Assembly: GCA_964641695.1 (NCBI GenBank) | Contig: CAZXKG010000003.1 | Location: forward strand, 84-64,083 | DNA from: an uncultured Conexibacter sp. | GTDB taxonomy: Bacteria; Actinomycetota; Thermoleophilia; Solirubrobacterales; 70-9 | Length of the DNA: 64,000 bases | Direction of reading: 5' to 3' | In this document: positions 27,874 through 36,866 of the stretch, piece after piece | Position numbering within the stretch: position 1 is the first letter of the stretch | Layout: every line of letters starts with the position of its first letter | Made by a program: the position numbers and the translations under genes | Notes under the pieces: generated by a model | What the model was told of the DNA's origin: nothing | The model's input: only the letters and a program-made list of their open reading frames with translations | Database searches by the model: none

Positions 27874-27976
27874 TCACCGATCCTAGATAGTCGGCGCCGA
27901 TCGTCCAGATCATCGGTCTCGGCATCCGGCGGAGCCAGACGTCGAGCTACGACAAGCAAGTCGTGATAATCCCGAC

Positions 27977-30085
27977 TTGATGAAGGAGAGGGATCCGATG
28001 CCATCGAGGATGCGACGGCCGCGTTCGAGGCCGATCTGGCGCATGCTGTTCGTCCTCCTGCTCGATGCGGTCACGCTGCTGGTGCTGTCGGAGCTCCTGC
28101 CTGGCTTCGTCCTCGACGGGCCCGGCGCGGCGCTCGGTGCGGCCGCCCTGATCGGGATCGTCAACTCGCTCGTCTGGCCGGTCTTGGCGCGGTTCACGCT
28201 TCCGCTCACCGTCGTCACCGTCGGCCTCGGCGCGCTCGTCCTCAACGGCCTGCTGGTGATGCTCGTCATCGACGCGCTCCCCCACTGCGACCTCGACGGG
28301 GTCTTCGAGGGAATCGTGATCACGCTCGTGATGAGCGCCGTGACCGCGATCGTGTTCTCCGTCCTCGCGATCGACGAGGACGACTCCTGGTATCTGAACG
28401 TCGTCCGGCGACAAGCGAGGCGCCGCGGCGACGTCGTCCACACCGACGTCCCAGGCGTTCTCTTCCTCGAGATCGACGGGCTCGCGCACGAGGTTCTGCA
28501 CCGGGCGCTCACCGATGGCTCGGCGCCGAACCTGGCCGCCTGGCTGCGCTCCGGGACGCACCGCCTGGAGCGCTGGGAGACGGACTGGTCCTCGCAGACC
28601 GGCGCCTGCCAAGCAGGCCTGCTCCACGGCTCCAACCACGACATGCCGGCCTTCAGGTGGTGGGAGAAGGATCGCAACAGGGCGATCGTCACCAACCACC
28701 CCCGCGATGCCGAGGAGATCGAGCGTCGCCATTCCGACGGCCGCGGACTCCTCCACGACGACGGCGCCAGCCGCGCGAACATCCTCTCCGGCGATGCACC
28801 GCATTCGATGCTGACGATGAGCACCGCGCTCCGCCGACGCAAGCCGATCGGCAAGGACTACGCCGCCTACTTCGCGCGGCCATACGGAGTCGCCCGCACC
28901 TTCGTGCTCTGCCTGGCCGAGATCGTTCGCGAGCGCAGGGCGGCGCGAGCTCAGGTGCGCGACGACGTCCAGCCGCGGATCGCGCGCAGCCGCACCTACG
29001 CCCTGATGCGGGCGTGGGCGACGGTGATCCAGCGAGACCTCCAGGTGGCCGCCGTCGTCGGCGACGTCCTCAGCGGGCGACCGACCGTCTACACCACGTT
29101 CCTCGCCTACGACGAGGTCGCGCACCACTCAGGCATCGAGCGCGCCGACACGCTCGCGGTCCTCAACGACCTCGATCGCCAGATCGAACGGATCGCGAGG
29201 GCATGCGACGACGCCCCACGGCCCTATCGACTGGTCGTCCTCTCCGACCATGGCCAGTCCCAGGGGGCGACGTTCCTCGATCGATACGGCCTCACGCTCG
29301 AGGACCTCGTCCGCTCGGCGGCGAGCAGCGGCAGCGACATCGAGACGCAGACCGGCGACGAGCATGCCGTCTCCTACCTGAACACCAGCCTCACCGAGAT
29401 CGCGCGCGACGACACGGTCGCCGCGCGAACCGTCCGGGCCACGACCCGGAACCGCCGCGACGACGGAGTCGTCGACCTCGATGTCGAGGAGGAGCCGACC
29501 GAGGACGGCGAGGGCGAGATCCCCGACCTCTCGGTTATGGCCTCGGGCTGCCTCGGGCTGATCACCTTCCCGCGCCTGCCGGGCAGGCTCACGCTGGAGC
29601 AGATCGAGACGCTGCACCCCGGGCTGGTTCCGGCGCTGCGGGACCACCCCGGGATCGGCTTCCTCCTGGTCCGCTCGGAGAGCCGGGGGAGCCTCGTCAT
29701 CGGCCGGCAGGGAACGCGGTACCTGGCGGACGATCGCGTCGAGGGGGTGGATCCGCTGGAGCCGTTCGGGCCCAACGCGGCCAGGCACGTGCAGCGCACC
29801 GACGGCTTCCCCCACTGCCCGGACATCATGGTCAACAGCGCGTACTGGCCCGAGTTCGAGGAGGTCGCGGCGTTCGAGGAGCTGGTCGGCTCACACGGTG
29901 GCCTGGGCGGCCCGCAGTGCTTCCCTTTCGTCCTCCACCCAGCCGAGCTGGAATGGCCCGCGCAAGGGGTCGTCGGCGCCGAGAACGTCCATCACGTCCT
30001 CCGTTCGTGGCTGGCGCAGCTCGGTCACACCGCTCATGCGAGCGGGAGCCCCTCCCCGGGCGAGAGGACGCGAACCTCCACCTGA
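27977..30085 (+). CDS. Holin-family 4-TMS domain fused to alkaline-phosphatase/phosphodiesterase-superfamily domain
   Basis: N-terminal ~120 aa with four TM spans (LFVLLLDAVTLLVLSELLPGF...). Followed by a large soluble domain with AlkP-superfamily hallmarks (GVLFLEIDGLAH, SQTGACQAGLLHG, VVLSDHGQSQG). Confidence 0.8.
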   Translation: MMKERDPMPSRMRRPRSRPIWRMLFVLLLDAVTLLVLSELLPGFVLDGPGAALGAAALIGIVNSLVWPVLARFTLPLTVVTVGLGALVLNGLLVMLVIDALPHCDLDGVFEGIVITLVMSAVTAIVFSVLAIDEDDSWYLNVVRRQARRRGDVVHTDVPGVLFLEIDGLAHEVLHRALTDGSAPNLAAWLRSGTHRLERWETDWSSQTGACQAGLLHGSNHDMPAFRWWEKDRNRAIVTNHPRDAEEIERRHSDGRGLLHDDGASRANILSGDAPHSMLTMSTALRRRKPIGKDYAAYFARPYGVARTFVLCLAEIVRERRAARAQVRDDVQPRIARSRTYALMRAWATVIQRDLQVAAVVGDVLSGRPTVYTTFLAYDEVAHHSGIERADTLAVLNDLDRQIERIARACDDAPRPYRLVVLSDHGQSQGATFLDRYGLTLEDLVRSAASSGSDIETQTGDEHAVSYLNTSLTEIARDDTVAARTVRATTRNRRDDGVVDLDVEEEPTEDGEGEIPDLSVMASGCLGLITFPRLPGRLTLEQIETLHPGLVPALRDHPGIGFLLVRSESRGSLVIGRQGTRYLADDRVEGVDPLEPFGPNAARHVQRTDGFPHCPDIMVNSAYWPEFEEVAAFEELVGSHGGLGGPQCFPFVLHPAELEWPAQGVVGAENVHHVLRSWLAQLGHTAHASGSPSPGERTRTST

Positions 30086-30789
30086 GGCGCGTGGCGAGCC
30101 ATCGCCTCCACGAACTGACCGGGCGGGCGCAGGAGCGGCCCGGGCCGGAGTCGTGCGAGGCCCAGCGGGTAGAAGGTCCCCCAGTGGATCGGCACCGCTA
30201 TCCGCGGGCTGAGCATGGCCGCCGCCAGCGCCGCCGACTCCGGGCCGAGGTGCCCCGACCCGATCGTCGGACCCCAGCCGGCGATCGGCAGCAGCGCCAC
30301 GTCGACCATGCCGGCGAGATCCGCCATGCCGTCGAAGATGTCGGTGTCGCCGGCGAAGTAGACGCTGCGCTCGGGGCCGGTGAGGACGTAGCCGATCGCC
30401 TCGGCGCTGAACCGCGCGAACGGCCGGCCTCCGTCGTGAGTTGCATCGACCGCGGTGACCTGCACCTCTCCCACCTTCGCCGACATTCCGACGGAGAGCT
30501 CGGTGGCCTGAAAGCCATGCTTGCGGAAGTACTCCCCGGCACCCGCGGGAACGATGAGCGGGACATCTGCACCGATGCGACGGAGCGAACCGACGTGGGC
30601 ATGATCGTGATGGAGATGTGAGACGAGGACCGCGTCGAGATCACGCCAGACGTCAGCGCCGGGCAGATCCCCACGACGGCGAAGTGGACCCAGGCTCCTG
30701 CCGAGCAGCGGATCGGTGAGCAGCCTGGATCCCGCGAGCTCGACGAGAGTCGTCGCATGGCCGACGAAGGTGAGTTGATCGGCTCCCAT
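30034..30789 (-). CDS. MBL-fold metallo-hydrolase
   Basis: HxHxDH motif in VLVSHLHHDHAHV. Start MGADQLTFVGHATT at ATG 30789. 3' end overlaps the convergent gene by ~50 nt. Confidence 0.8.
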   Translation of the reverse strand: MGADQLTFVGHATTLVELAGSRLLTDPLLGRSLGPLRRRGDLPGADVWRDLDAVLVSHLHHDHAHVGSLRRIGADVPLIVPAGAGEYFRKHGFQATELSVGMSAKVGEVQVTAVDATHDGGRPFARFSAEAIGYVLTGPERSVYFAGDTDIFDGMADLAGMVDVALLPIAGWGPTIGSGHLGPESAALAAAMLSPRIAVPIHWGTFYPLGLARLRPGPLLRPPGQFVEAMARHAPQVEVRVLSPGEGLPLA

Positions 30790-30861
30790 GCAGGAAGTGT
30801 GGCGCAACGCCCGCGCCGCGGCGTATCTTTGCGCAGCGATCCAGATGGGAGAAGGTGGAAG

Positions 30862-32067
30862 ATGAGCAAGCGAAAGCCGGTACTGGTGGGCCACCTGCGG
30901 CACCGCAGGCATGCCGAGGAGAAGACCGATGAAGCGGACGAGGACCTGATCGAGATCGATCCGGGCATGCTGAACGGGTTCTTCGCGTCACCGAAGTGGA
31001 TGCGTGACCTCGGCTACTCCTCCTGGCTGCTGGTCGGGGTGGCCGCGGCGCTGGTCGGCACCGTCTGGCTGCTCTCGCTGACCCAGGTGATCGTGATGCC
31101 GGTGATCGTCGCGGCGGTAATCGCTTCCGTCACCGCACCCCTCGTCGACTGGTTCCGCCAGCGGGGAATCCCCCGGGGGCTCGGCGCCGGGCTGGTCTTC
31201 CTCGGCATCATCGCGATCGGGGCGGCCGTCTGCCTGATGATCCTGCTCGGCATCGCGAGCCAGGCCGACAGCCTCTCGGAGAAGCTCCGCGAGGGGGCGG
31301 GCGAGATCGAGTCGTGGCTACGCGACCTCGGAGCGAGCGCGCAATCAGCGGCGAACGCGGGGTCGGGAGCCGACTCCTCGATCAGCGCCGGGTTCCAGGC
31401 TCTCACCCGCGGTCTGCTGGCGAGTGTGGACCAGCTGGCCTCGCTGGCGATCTTCCTCTCGTTCACGGCCCTCAGCCTCTTCTTCATGCTCAAGGACGCC
31501 CCGACCATCGGCGGCTTCATCGAGAGCCACATGGGAGTTCCCCGCCAGGCGGCCAAGTCGGTGCTGAGCCGGGTGGCCTCCAGTCTCCGTGGGTACTTCC
31601 TCGGCGTCACCGTGGTCGCGGCCTGGAGCGCGACGATCGTGGGCATCGGTGCGCTGCTGCTCGGAGTTCCGCTGGCGGGGACGATCGCGGTCGTGACGTT
31701 CGCCGGCGGCTACATCCCGTATCTGGGCGCATGGGCGGCCGGGGTCTTCGCCGTCCTGATCGCGCTCGGAGGCTCCGGCGCCGAGGTCGCGATGGCGATG
31801 ATCTTGCTCGTGCTGCTGGCGAACGGTCTGCTCCAGCAGCTCGTCCAACCGATCGCCTACGGCGCCGCGCTGAACCTCCATCCCCTGGTCGTCTTGATCG
31901 TGACGATCGCCGGCGGTGCGCTGTTCGGAACGGTGGGGCTGGTGCTCGCGGCCCCGCTGCTGTCCGCCGCCGTGAAGATCAAGGCCGACCTGAGCGCCCA
32001 CGAGGACACGGACCACGAGCGAGCGGAGCCGGAGCCGTCAGCGGAGCCGGACCCGGCTCCCGCCTGA
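30862..32067 (+). CDS. AI-2E (PerM) family transporter
   Basis: Eight or so TM spans and the conserved GGYIPYLG / LLQQLVQPIAYG region. ATG 30862 lies behind GAAGGTGGA. Confidence 0.85.
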   Translation: MSKRKPVLVGHLRHRRHAEEKTDEADEDLIEIDPGMLNGFFASPKWMRDLGYSSWLLVGVAAALVGTVWLLSLTQVIVMPVIVAAVIASVTAPLVDWFRQRGIPRGLGAGLVFLGIIAIGAAVCLMILLGIASQADSLSEKLREGAGEIESWLRDLGASAQSAANAGSGADSSISAGFQALTRGLLASVDQLASLAIFLSFTALSLFFMLKDAPTIGGFIESHMGVPRQAAKSVLSRVASSLRGYFLGVTVVAAWSATIVGIGALLLGVPLAGTIAVVTFAGGYIPYLGAWAAGVFAVLIALGGSGAEVAMAMILLVLLANGLLQQLVQPIAYGAALNLHPLVVLIVTIAGGALFGTVGLVLAAPLLSAAVKIKADLSAHEDTDHERAEPEPSAEPDPAPA

Positions 32068-32207
32068 CCGCCACGGCCCGGACCTGATGAAGGTGATCAT
32101 CATCGAGGTCACCCGCAAACCCGCCCACGCGGTCGGCTGAGCGGCCAGGCGCAGGGCCGAGGGCCCGCGGGCACTGCCTGCCCCGAAGCGGTCGGGCCTC
32201 GGGGCGG

Positions 32208-35168
32208 CTACCACTCCCCGGGGATGTAGCCGACCGCGCAGAGACGCTGGCCGCTCGAGGCGATGAGGAGGCCACGCTCGAACACCTGGGGGGTGAAGAA
32301 GGACATCTTCTCGATCCCGGCCCCGGTCTTGGGACCCTCCAGCGGCGCGAACATCGAATCGCCGATCCCGCCGGGAGGAGACATCGCCCCGCCGATCCCA
32401 CGGCTGAAGAAGTAGATCGCCCTGATCGGGCTTCCGTTGCCGTCGTAGCCCACGGTGACCTGCATCTGCGCGTCGTCAGGCTGGTTCGGCCACCCTCGCC
32501 GCCCGCTGAGCTGGCAGTCCATGTCACGGGCGTTGAGCCGGTTGCCGCGGATCAGGTACGGATAGGCGACCGGAACGAGCGCCTCGTAGAACCAGACCCG
32601 AGCGCTGCTGCGAAGCCGCGACACGGTCGCCGAGTCGTCCCTCGGGATCCGCCACGCCCCCTCGATCCTCGAGTCGGCCGCCATCAGCTTCCCGTAGTCG
32701 CTGACGACCAACTTCGCCAGTCCGGTGAGCTGCTGCTTGGACTGGTCGATCCGGTCGAGCATCTCGGTGGCGAGCTGCGAGGCGCGGGCTTTCACCTCCT
32801 CGCCGAGGACCGGCGTGCCGCCCGTCTTCTTCGAGAGGAACGCGAACAGCGCGAACGAGGCGGAGATCCCGGCCGCGGCCGACGACCCGGGCGGCGGAGA
32901 GAACTCGCCCAGCTTCGCGATCCCGCTTGCGAGCATCAGGCCCCAGTAAGCGGAGTTGTCGTCGTCGGCGGGTCGCTGCACGGACTTCCAGATGTCGTCG
33001 CCGATCTGCTTCAGATCCACGTACTGGCCCACGGCGGACCGGTCGAACGGGGCCCGCAGGCGATCGAAGTAGCCGTAGACGTGGGCAACCGCGGCCATCT
33101 CCTCGAGCAGCCGGGCCTTGACCGCATCGAACGTGGCGGCGCTGAAGGCGCTCGTGCCGCTCGGATAGGTGACGTTCGACGCCAGCCTGCTGTGCACGAG
33201 GTCCCAGTCGGCGCCGTCGTTCTTCCAGTAGTACTTCCTGGAAGCGACGTCAGAGGCGACGCACGCCGCGGGCGAATCGCAGAACGTCAGCTGTGACCAG
33301 ATGTACCTGGCGGCCGCGTAGACCTCTGTGTCCGGCTTCGAGGGAGCCATCGACGGCCACTCGACGGCCTCCTGGTAAGCGAGGTTGATCAGGTCGGTGT
33401 TCAGCCCGCCCGTGGGGTTCGCGGTGGTCGGGGAGGCGGCGACCGGCGCGATGAACTTCGAGTCGCGGGCGCGGGTGAGGCTGCCGATCAGGCGAGCCGG
33501 CGCGATGGCCGGCGTCGGGTAAGGGCCGGCGTCGTACGCGGTGCTCGCCTCCTGGGGAGGTGCCGCGATCCCCTCCCGGCCGATCAGCGCGTATCGGGTA
33601 GTGCCGTCGAGCGCGTACAGGTAGTGGCGGTTCGCGCCGAGTCGGCCGCCGAGCTGGTTGACGACCCGGTCCCACTCGGGACCGGCCGCCGTGGGGGTGC
33701 CGATCGTCTGCAGGAAGACCAACGGCCCTCCCGGCAGGTCGAGCGCTTCCTTGATCTGATCGGCGGCCGCCGCCTGGCGCGAGCGGTCGCTGATCCCCGA
33801 TCCGTTGGTCGGGATCACCCCCTCGTACATCGTCGTCATCGAAGCGCCCTCGACCGCGACCAGATGGAAACCCGCCGTGGCCCCGGCCGGCAGATCCCTC
33901 GTGTACGTGCCGGGGCCGATCTTGATCACGTTCCGGGTGTCGGAGCTGCCCGCGGCCTTGGTGTCGAAGTTGGGGTGCTCGGGCGAGACGAAGTCGTAGA
34001 GGTGGGCGCCCGAGGAGGTGATCGCCTCGTTCTGCATCAGGTAACCGCTGATCGAGCCCGACACCTCGAAAGTCGTGCTCGGCGCGAAGCGCACCGTGGC
34101 CGATCCATCGGCACCGCCGGGGATCCCGATGATCGAGAACGGCTTACCCGCCCGCAGCACTGCGAACGAGGATCGACTCAGCACGCCGGCGCCGATCCGC
34201 TTCGCGACCGCCGACAGCCCGGCGAGCTGTCCCTCCGGAACGCCGCTCCGGCCGCTGACGATCATCAGGTAGCGCTGGAAGTTGCTGCCGCTCGCGTACC
34301 CGTCGGCCTTGCGCCACAAGGTGTTGATCCCGTCGTCGTCGCGCTTGACGCTGCCGGATTCGACGCCCGCCAGGGTCGCCCGGTCCAAGACCGCCCAGGC
34401 AAGCTCATCGGTCGGCACGTCGGAGGAGGACTCGGGGTAGGAGCGCCCGCCGACCTCGATCTTCCCTCCACCGGCGATCGTCCGCACCTTCGCGCCGATC
34501 GGCGGATCGTCGACGGCCGAGACGACGACCGTGTCGTAGGCCTTCGGTCCGCCCGAGCGGCGCTGGGCCTGAAGTCGGAGGACGTAGGTGCCGCGACGAT
34601 CGGCCCTCAGCGTCGGCTGCGGCGTAGAGCGGTCGATCAGCCTCGGCCTCGCTCCCGGCGGAGCGCTGAGGATCCGCCAGCGGTGCCGCAGCTTCTTCCT
34701 CAACCCGGCCGGAGGTGCGACGCCCAGCCCGACGCCGACCTTGGGCTCGACCACCTGATCCTCCCCCGCGTTGGCGAGCAGTTGGCTGCGGGTGAGCACG
34801 ATCCTTGCCCGATCGGCCCTGTTCCCGAAGGGGCTGACCGCGTTCACGCGGATCTTGTTGGCGCCTCCCCTCAGACCGTCGACCACGCCGAGGTGCGCGA
34901 CCCGCCTCGTCGGGCCCAACGGCAGGAACGCACCCTCGACCCGGCGGCCGTTGATCCGCAGCTTCAGATCGGCGTTCTTGGTCGTCCGCACCTCGAGCCG
35001 CACCGCTGCTGTGCCGGCACGGACCTCCACGCTCTCGACGATCGCCGTCGGTGGCTTCTTCGCACCGGCGACCGGCGCACCGACGGTGGCCGCCACCAAC
35101 AGGGCGGTGACGATCGCAAGGCGCGCGATCCACCCGATCCCCGTCGTTCGAGTTGACATCTCGCTCAC
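32208..35168 (-). CDS. Large secreted protein (986 aa), unknown function; N-terminal module shared with the phospholipase D
   Basis: Signal IARLAIVTALLVAATVGAPVAGA. Residues ~40-230 align with the PLD N-terminus (e.g. LRHRWRILSAPPGARPR...GTYVLRLQA vs LDHRWKVLSAPEGVRRR...GTYRIRLTV). I recognise no motif in the remaining ~750 aa. Confidence 0.8.
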   Translation of the reverse strand: MSEMSTRTTGIGWIARLAIVTALLVAATVGAPVAGAKKPPTAIVESVEVRAGTAAVRLEVRTTKNADLKLRINGRRVEGAFLPLGPTRRVAHLGVVDGLRGGANKIRVNAVSPFGNRADRARIVLTRSQLLANAGEDQVVEPKVGVGLGVAPPAGLRKKLRHRWRILSAPPGARPRLIDRSTPQPTLRADRRGTYVLRLQAQRRSGGPKAYDTVVVSAVDDPPIGAKVRTIAGGGKIEVGGRSYPESSSDVPTDELAWAVLDRATLAGVESGSVKRDDDGINTLWRKADGYASGSNFQRYLMIVSGRSGVPEGQLAGLSAVAKRIGAGVLSRSSFAVLRAGKPFSIIGIPGGADGSATVRFAPSTTFEVSGSISGYLMQNEAITSSGAHLYDFVSPEHPNFDTKAAGSSDTRNVIKIGPGTYTRDLPAGATAGFHLVAVEGASMTTMYEGVIPTNGSGISDRSRQAAAADQIKEALDLPGGPLVFLQTIGTPTAAGPEWDRVVNQLGGRLGANRHYLYALDGTTRYALIGREGIAAPPQEASTAYDAGPYPTPAIAPARLIGSLTRARDSKFIAPVAASPTTANPTGGLNTDLINLAYQEAVEWPSMAPSKPDTEVYAAARYIWSQLTFCDSPAACVASDVASRKYYWKNDGADWDLVHSRLASNVTYPSGTSAFSAATFDAVKARLLEEMAAVAHVYGYFDRLRAPFDRSAVGQYVDLKQIGDDIWKSVQRPADDDNSAYWGLMLASGIAKLGEFSPPPGSSAAAGISASFALFAFLSKKTGGTPVLGEEVKARASQLATEMLDRIDQSKQQLTGLAKLVVSDYGKLMAADSRIEGAWRIPRDDSATVSRLRSSARVWFYEALVPVAYPYLIRGNRLNARDMDCQLSGRRGWPNQPDDAQMQVTVGYDGNGSPIRAIYFFSRGIGGAMSPPGGIGDSMFAPLEGPKTGAGIEKMSFFTPQVFERGLLIASSGQRLCAVGYIPGEW

Positions 35169-35169
35169 C

Positions 35170-36081
35170 TCAGGGCCTCAGGTAGAGGTATCCACGGATG
35201 TAGACGTCCCCGGAGTCGTTGGGGTGCGCGTCCCAGTTGAGGTAGAGGGGACCGCCGACCTCGCCCGCACGCTGACCCGGCAACACCGGGGTGTAGAAGC
35301 GATCGCCGTTGTCGCCTCCGAGCTCGTTGACCGCCAATGCATCGGTGATCACGAGGTTGGGCGAGCTCGAGCTCGCGAGCGTCCCGGTGAGAGTCGCGGT
35401 TCCGAACGTGGAGTACGCGTAGTACTTGAAGGTGTGCTGGTTGTGGTCGAAGATGATCCCGACCGAGGGGGCGCCGCCGGTCGTCTGCACGCCCCAGGGG
35501 AACGAGCCGCGAACGGCCTCCCCGTAGCAGTTGCCGGAGCCTCCACCGAAGCGGCAGACCCGGTTGATCGACGCCTGGATCTCGGTCAGCTGGCAGATCT
35601 CTGAATCACCATGGCTGACCCAGGGGCTGCACGGCGGGGCATCGACCTCCGCCCTGCCGCCTGGCATCGAGCGCAAGGTCCTCGAGACGGCCCTCCCGCA
35701 GCGGCCCTCACGAGTTGCCTTCGCGTAGAGGCGTCCGGTTCTCCTCGTGTTGAGCAGCCAGCGGTAGATCCCACGAACCCGCTTCGCCTCGACCGCGCCG
35801 ATCCTCACGTCCCGACCGGAGCCACGGTTGTTGCCGCGCCGCAGGAAGACGACGACCCGGCGACCGTCGGCGCACGCCCGGCTGCTGCTGCGCACCGTCC
35901 CGAAGACCCCTTCCGGCCAGGACTGGATGCTCACGCGGGTGTCGGCCCGCTTCGCCGCCGATGCCGGGTCAGCGCCGGAGGCCGCTGTCGCGACGATCCC
36001 GGCTACGAGCAGGATCAGAAGCAGGATGAATCTCAGCAGGAGGGCCGACGGGTTGATCGGCGGCGTTCGCGAGTCGGCCAT
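35170..36081 (-). CDS. Secreted/membrane-anchored protein (303 aa), unknown function
   Basis: MADSRTPPINPSALLLRFILLLILLVAGIVATAASGA signal/anchor. Stop lies 1 nt before the start of the 986-aa gene (operon). Confidence 0.7.
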   Translation of the reverse strand: MADSRTPPINPSALLLRFILLLILLVAGIVATAASGADPASAAKRADTRVSIQSWPEGVFGTVRSSSRACADGRRVVVFLRRGNNRGSGRDVRIGAVEAKRVRGIYRWLLNTRRTGRLYAKATREGRCGRAVSRTLRSMPGGRAEVDAPPCSPWVSHGDSEICQLTEIQASINRVCRFGGGSGNCYGEAVRGSFPWGVQTTGGAPSVGIIFDHNQHTFKYYAYSTFGTATLTGTLASSSSPNLVITDALAVNELGGDNGDRFYTPVLPGQRAGEVGGPLYLNWDAHPNDSGDVYIRGYLYLRP

Positions 36082-36172
36082 CTGCCATGTTTTTCCGGAT
36101 CGAAACCCGAAGTCCTTTTCGCCTGCCGCGCTCCGCCGCGCAGCCCCGGGGGCGGCCGGTCGATAGCGTCCC

Positions 36173-36493
36173 GTGCACATGAGTCTCAAGAACTTCCGGG
36201 TCGTCGCGCTGCTCGAGGCGACGACCTTCCTCCTCCTCCTTCTCTCCAGCGTCCTCAAGCGAACCAGCGACTTCGATCTCGGAGTCACGGTGCTCGGACC
36301 GATCCACGGGATCCTCTTCGTCGCCTACGTCGTCATGGCCCTCGGCCTGCGCGAGGAGGCGCGCTGGACCGGCAAGCAGACGCTGCTGATCCTGCTCGGG
36401 GCGGTGCTGCCGTTCGGCGGGTACGTCGTCGACGGCTGGGTGTCCCGGCACAACGCCGAGCAGCTGAAGGCCGAGACCGCCCGACGCAGCTGA
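36173..36493 (+). CDS. DUF3817-like small integral membrane protein
   Basis: FRVVALLEATTFLLLL...GPIHGILFVAYVVMAL...LLGAVLPFGGY pattern. Likely ATG at 36179. Confidence 0.7.
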   Translation: MHMSLKNFRVVALLEATTFLLLLLSSVLKRTSDFDLGVTVLGPIHGILFVAYVVMALGLREEARWTGKQTLLILLGAVLPFGGYVVDGWVSRHNAEQLKAETARRS

Positions 36494-36496
36494 GCG

Positions 36497-36784
36497 ATGG
36501 GCTTCTTCTCCCGGCTGCGCAACCCGTTCAGCTCGGACCGCCCCGACGGGATCGGCGAGCTGTTCGTCGACGATCCGCGGTTCGATCCCTGGGAGGTGGT
36601 GCGTGAGTTCGAGGATCTCAGTACCGCACGAGCATGGTGTCAACGGCTGCAGGAGGCGGGCATCGACGCCGTGGTCACCGCCGACCACGCGCCCGACCGC
36701 TTCGGCCGCGGCGACTTCTACCTGCAGGTCACGCCGGAGCGGTGGAGCGACGCCGAGGCGTTCCTCAGCGGGCTCGACGACTGA
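36497..36784 (+). CDS. Hypothetical small protein
   Basis: 95-aa ORF starting 4 nt after the previous stop, with normal-looking composition. No motif recognised. Confidence 0.5.
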   Translation: MGFFSRLRNPFSSDRPDGIGELFVDDPRFDPWEVVREFEDLSTARAWCQRLQEAGIDAVVTADHAPDRFGRGDFYLQVTPERWSDAEAFLSGLDD

Positions 36785-36866
36785 GGACCTCGCGCGGACC
36801 GCACGTCGGCTGGGCCAGGGTGACCGGCAGCTCGCACGGCTACAGGGTTCGTAGGCTGCGCCGATA

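Noticed and set aside
27212-27925. 5' extension of the PLD ORF (980-aa version)
   Set aside because: It overlaps the convincing membrane-protein gene 27382..27873 in another frame. The signal peptide starts right after GTG 27211 / ATG 27169.
27947-30621. 393-aa minus ORF and 654-aa plus ORF over the holin/AlkP gene
   Set aside because: Shadow frames with extreme Arg/Pro content. The 702-aa frame has TM helices and AlkP-type motifs.
33624-35156. 510-aa plus-strand ORF antisense to the 986-aa secreted protein, plus the 242-aa minus ORF
   Set aside because: Composition is typical of antisense GC-rich shadows, and both are fully contained in the better ORF.
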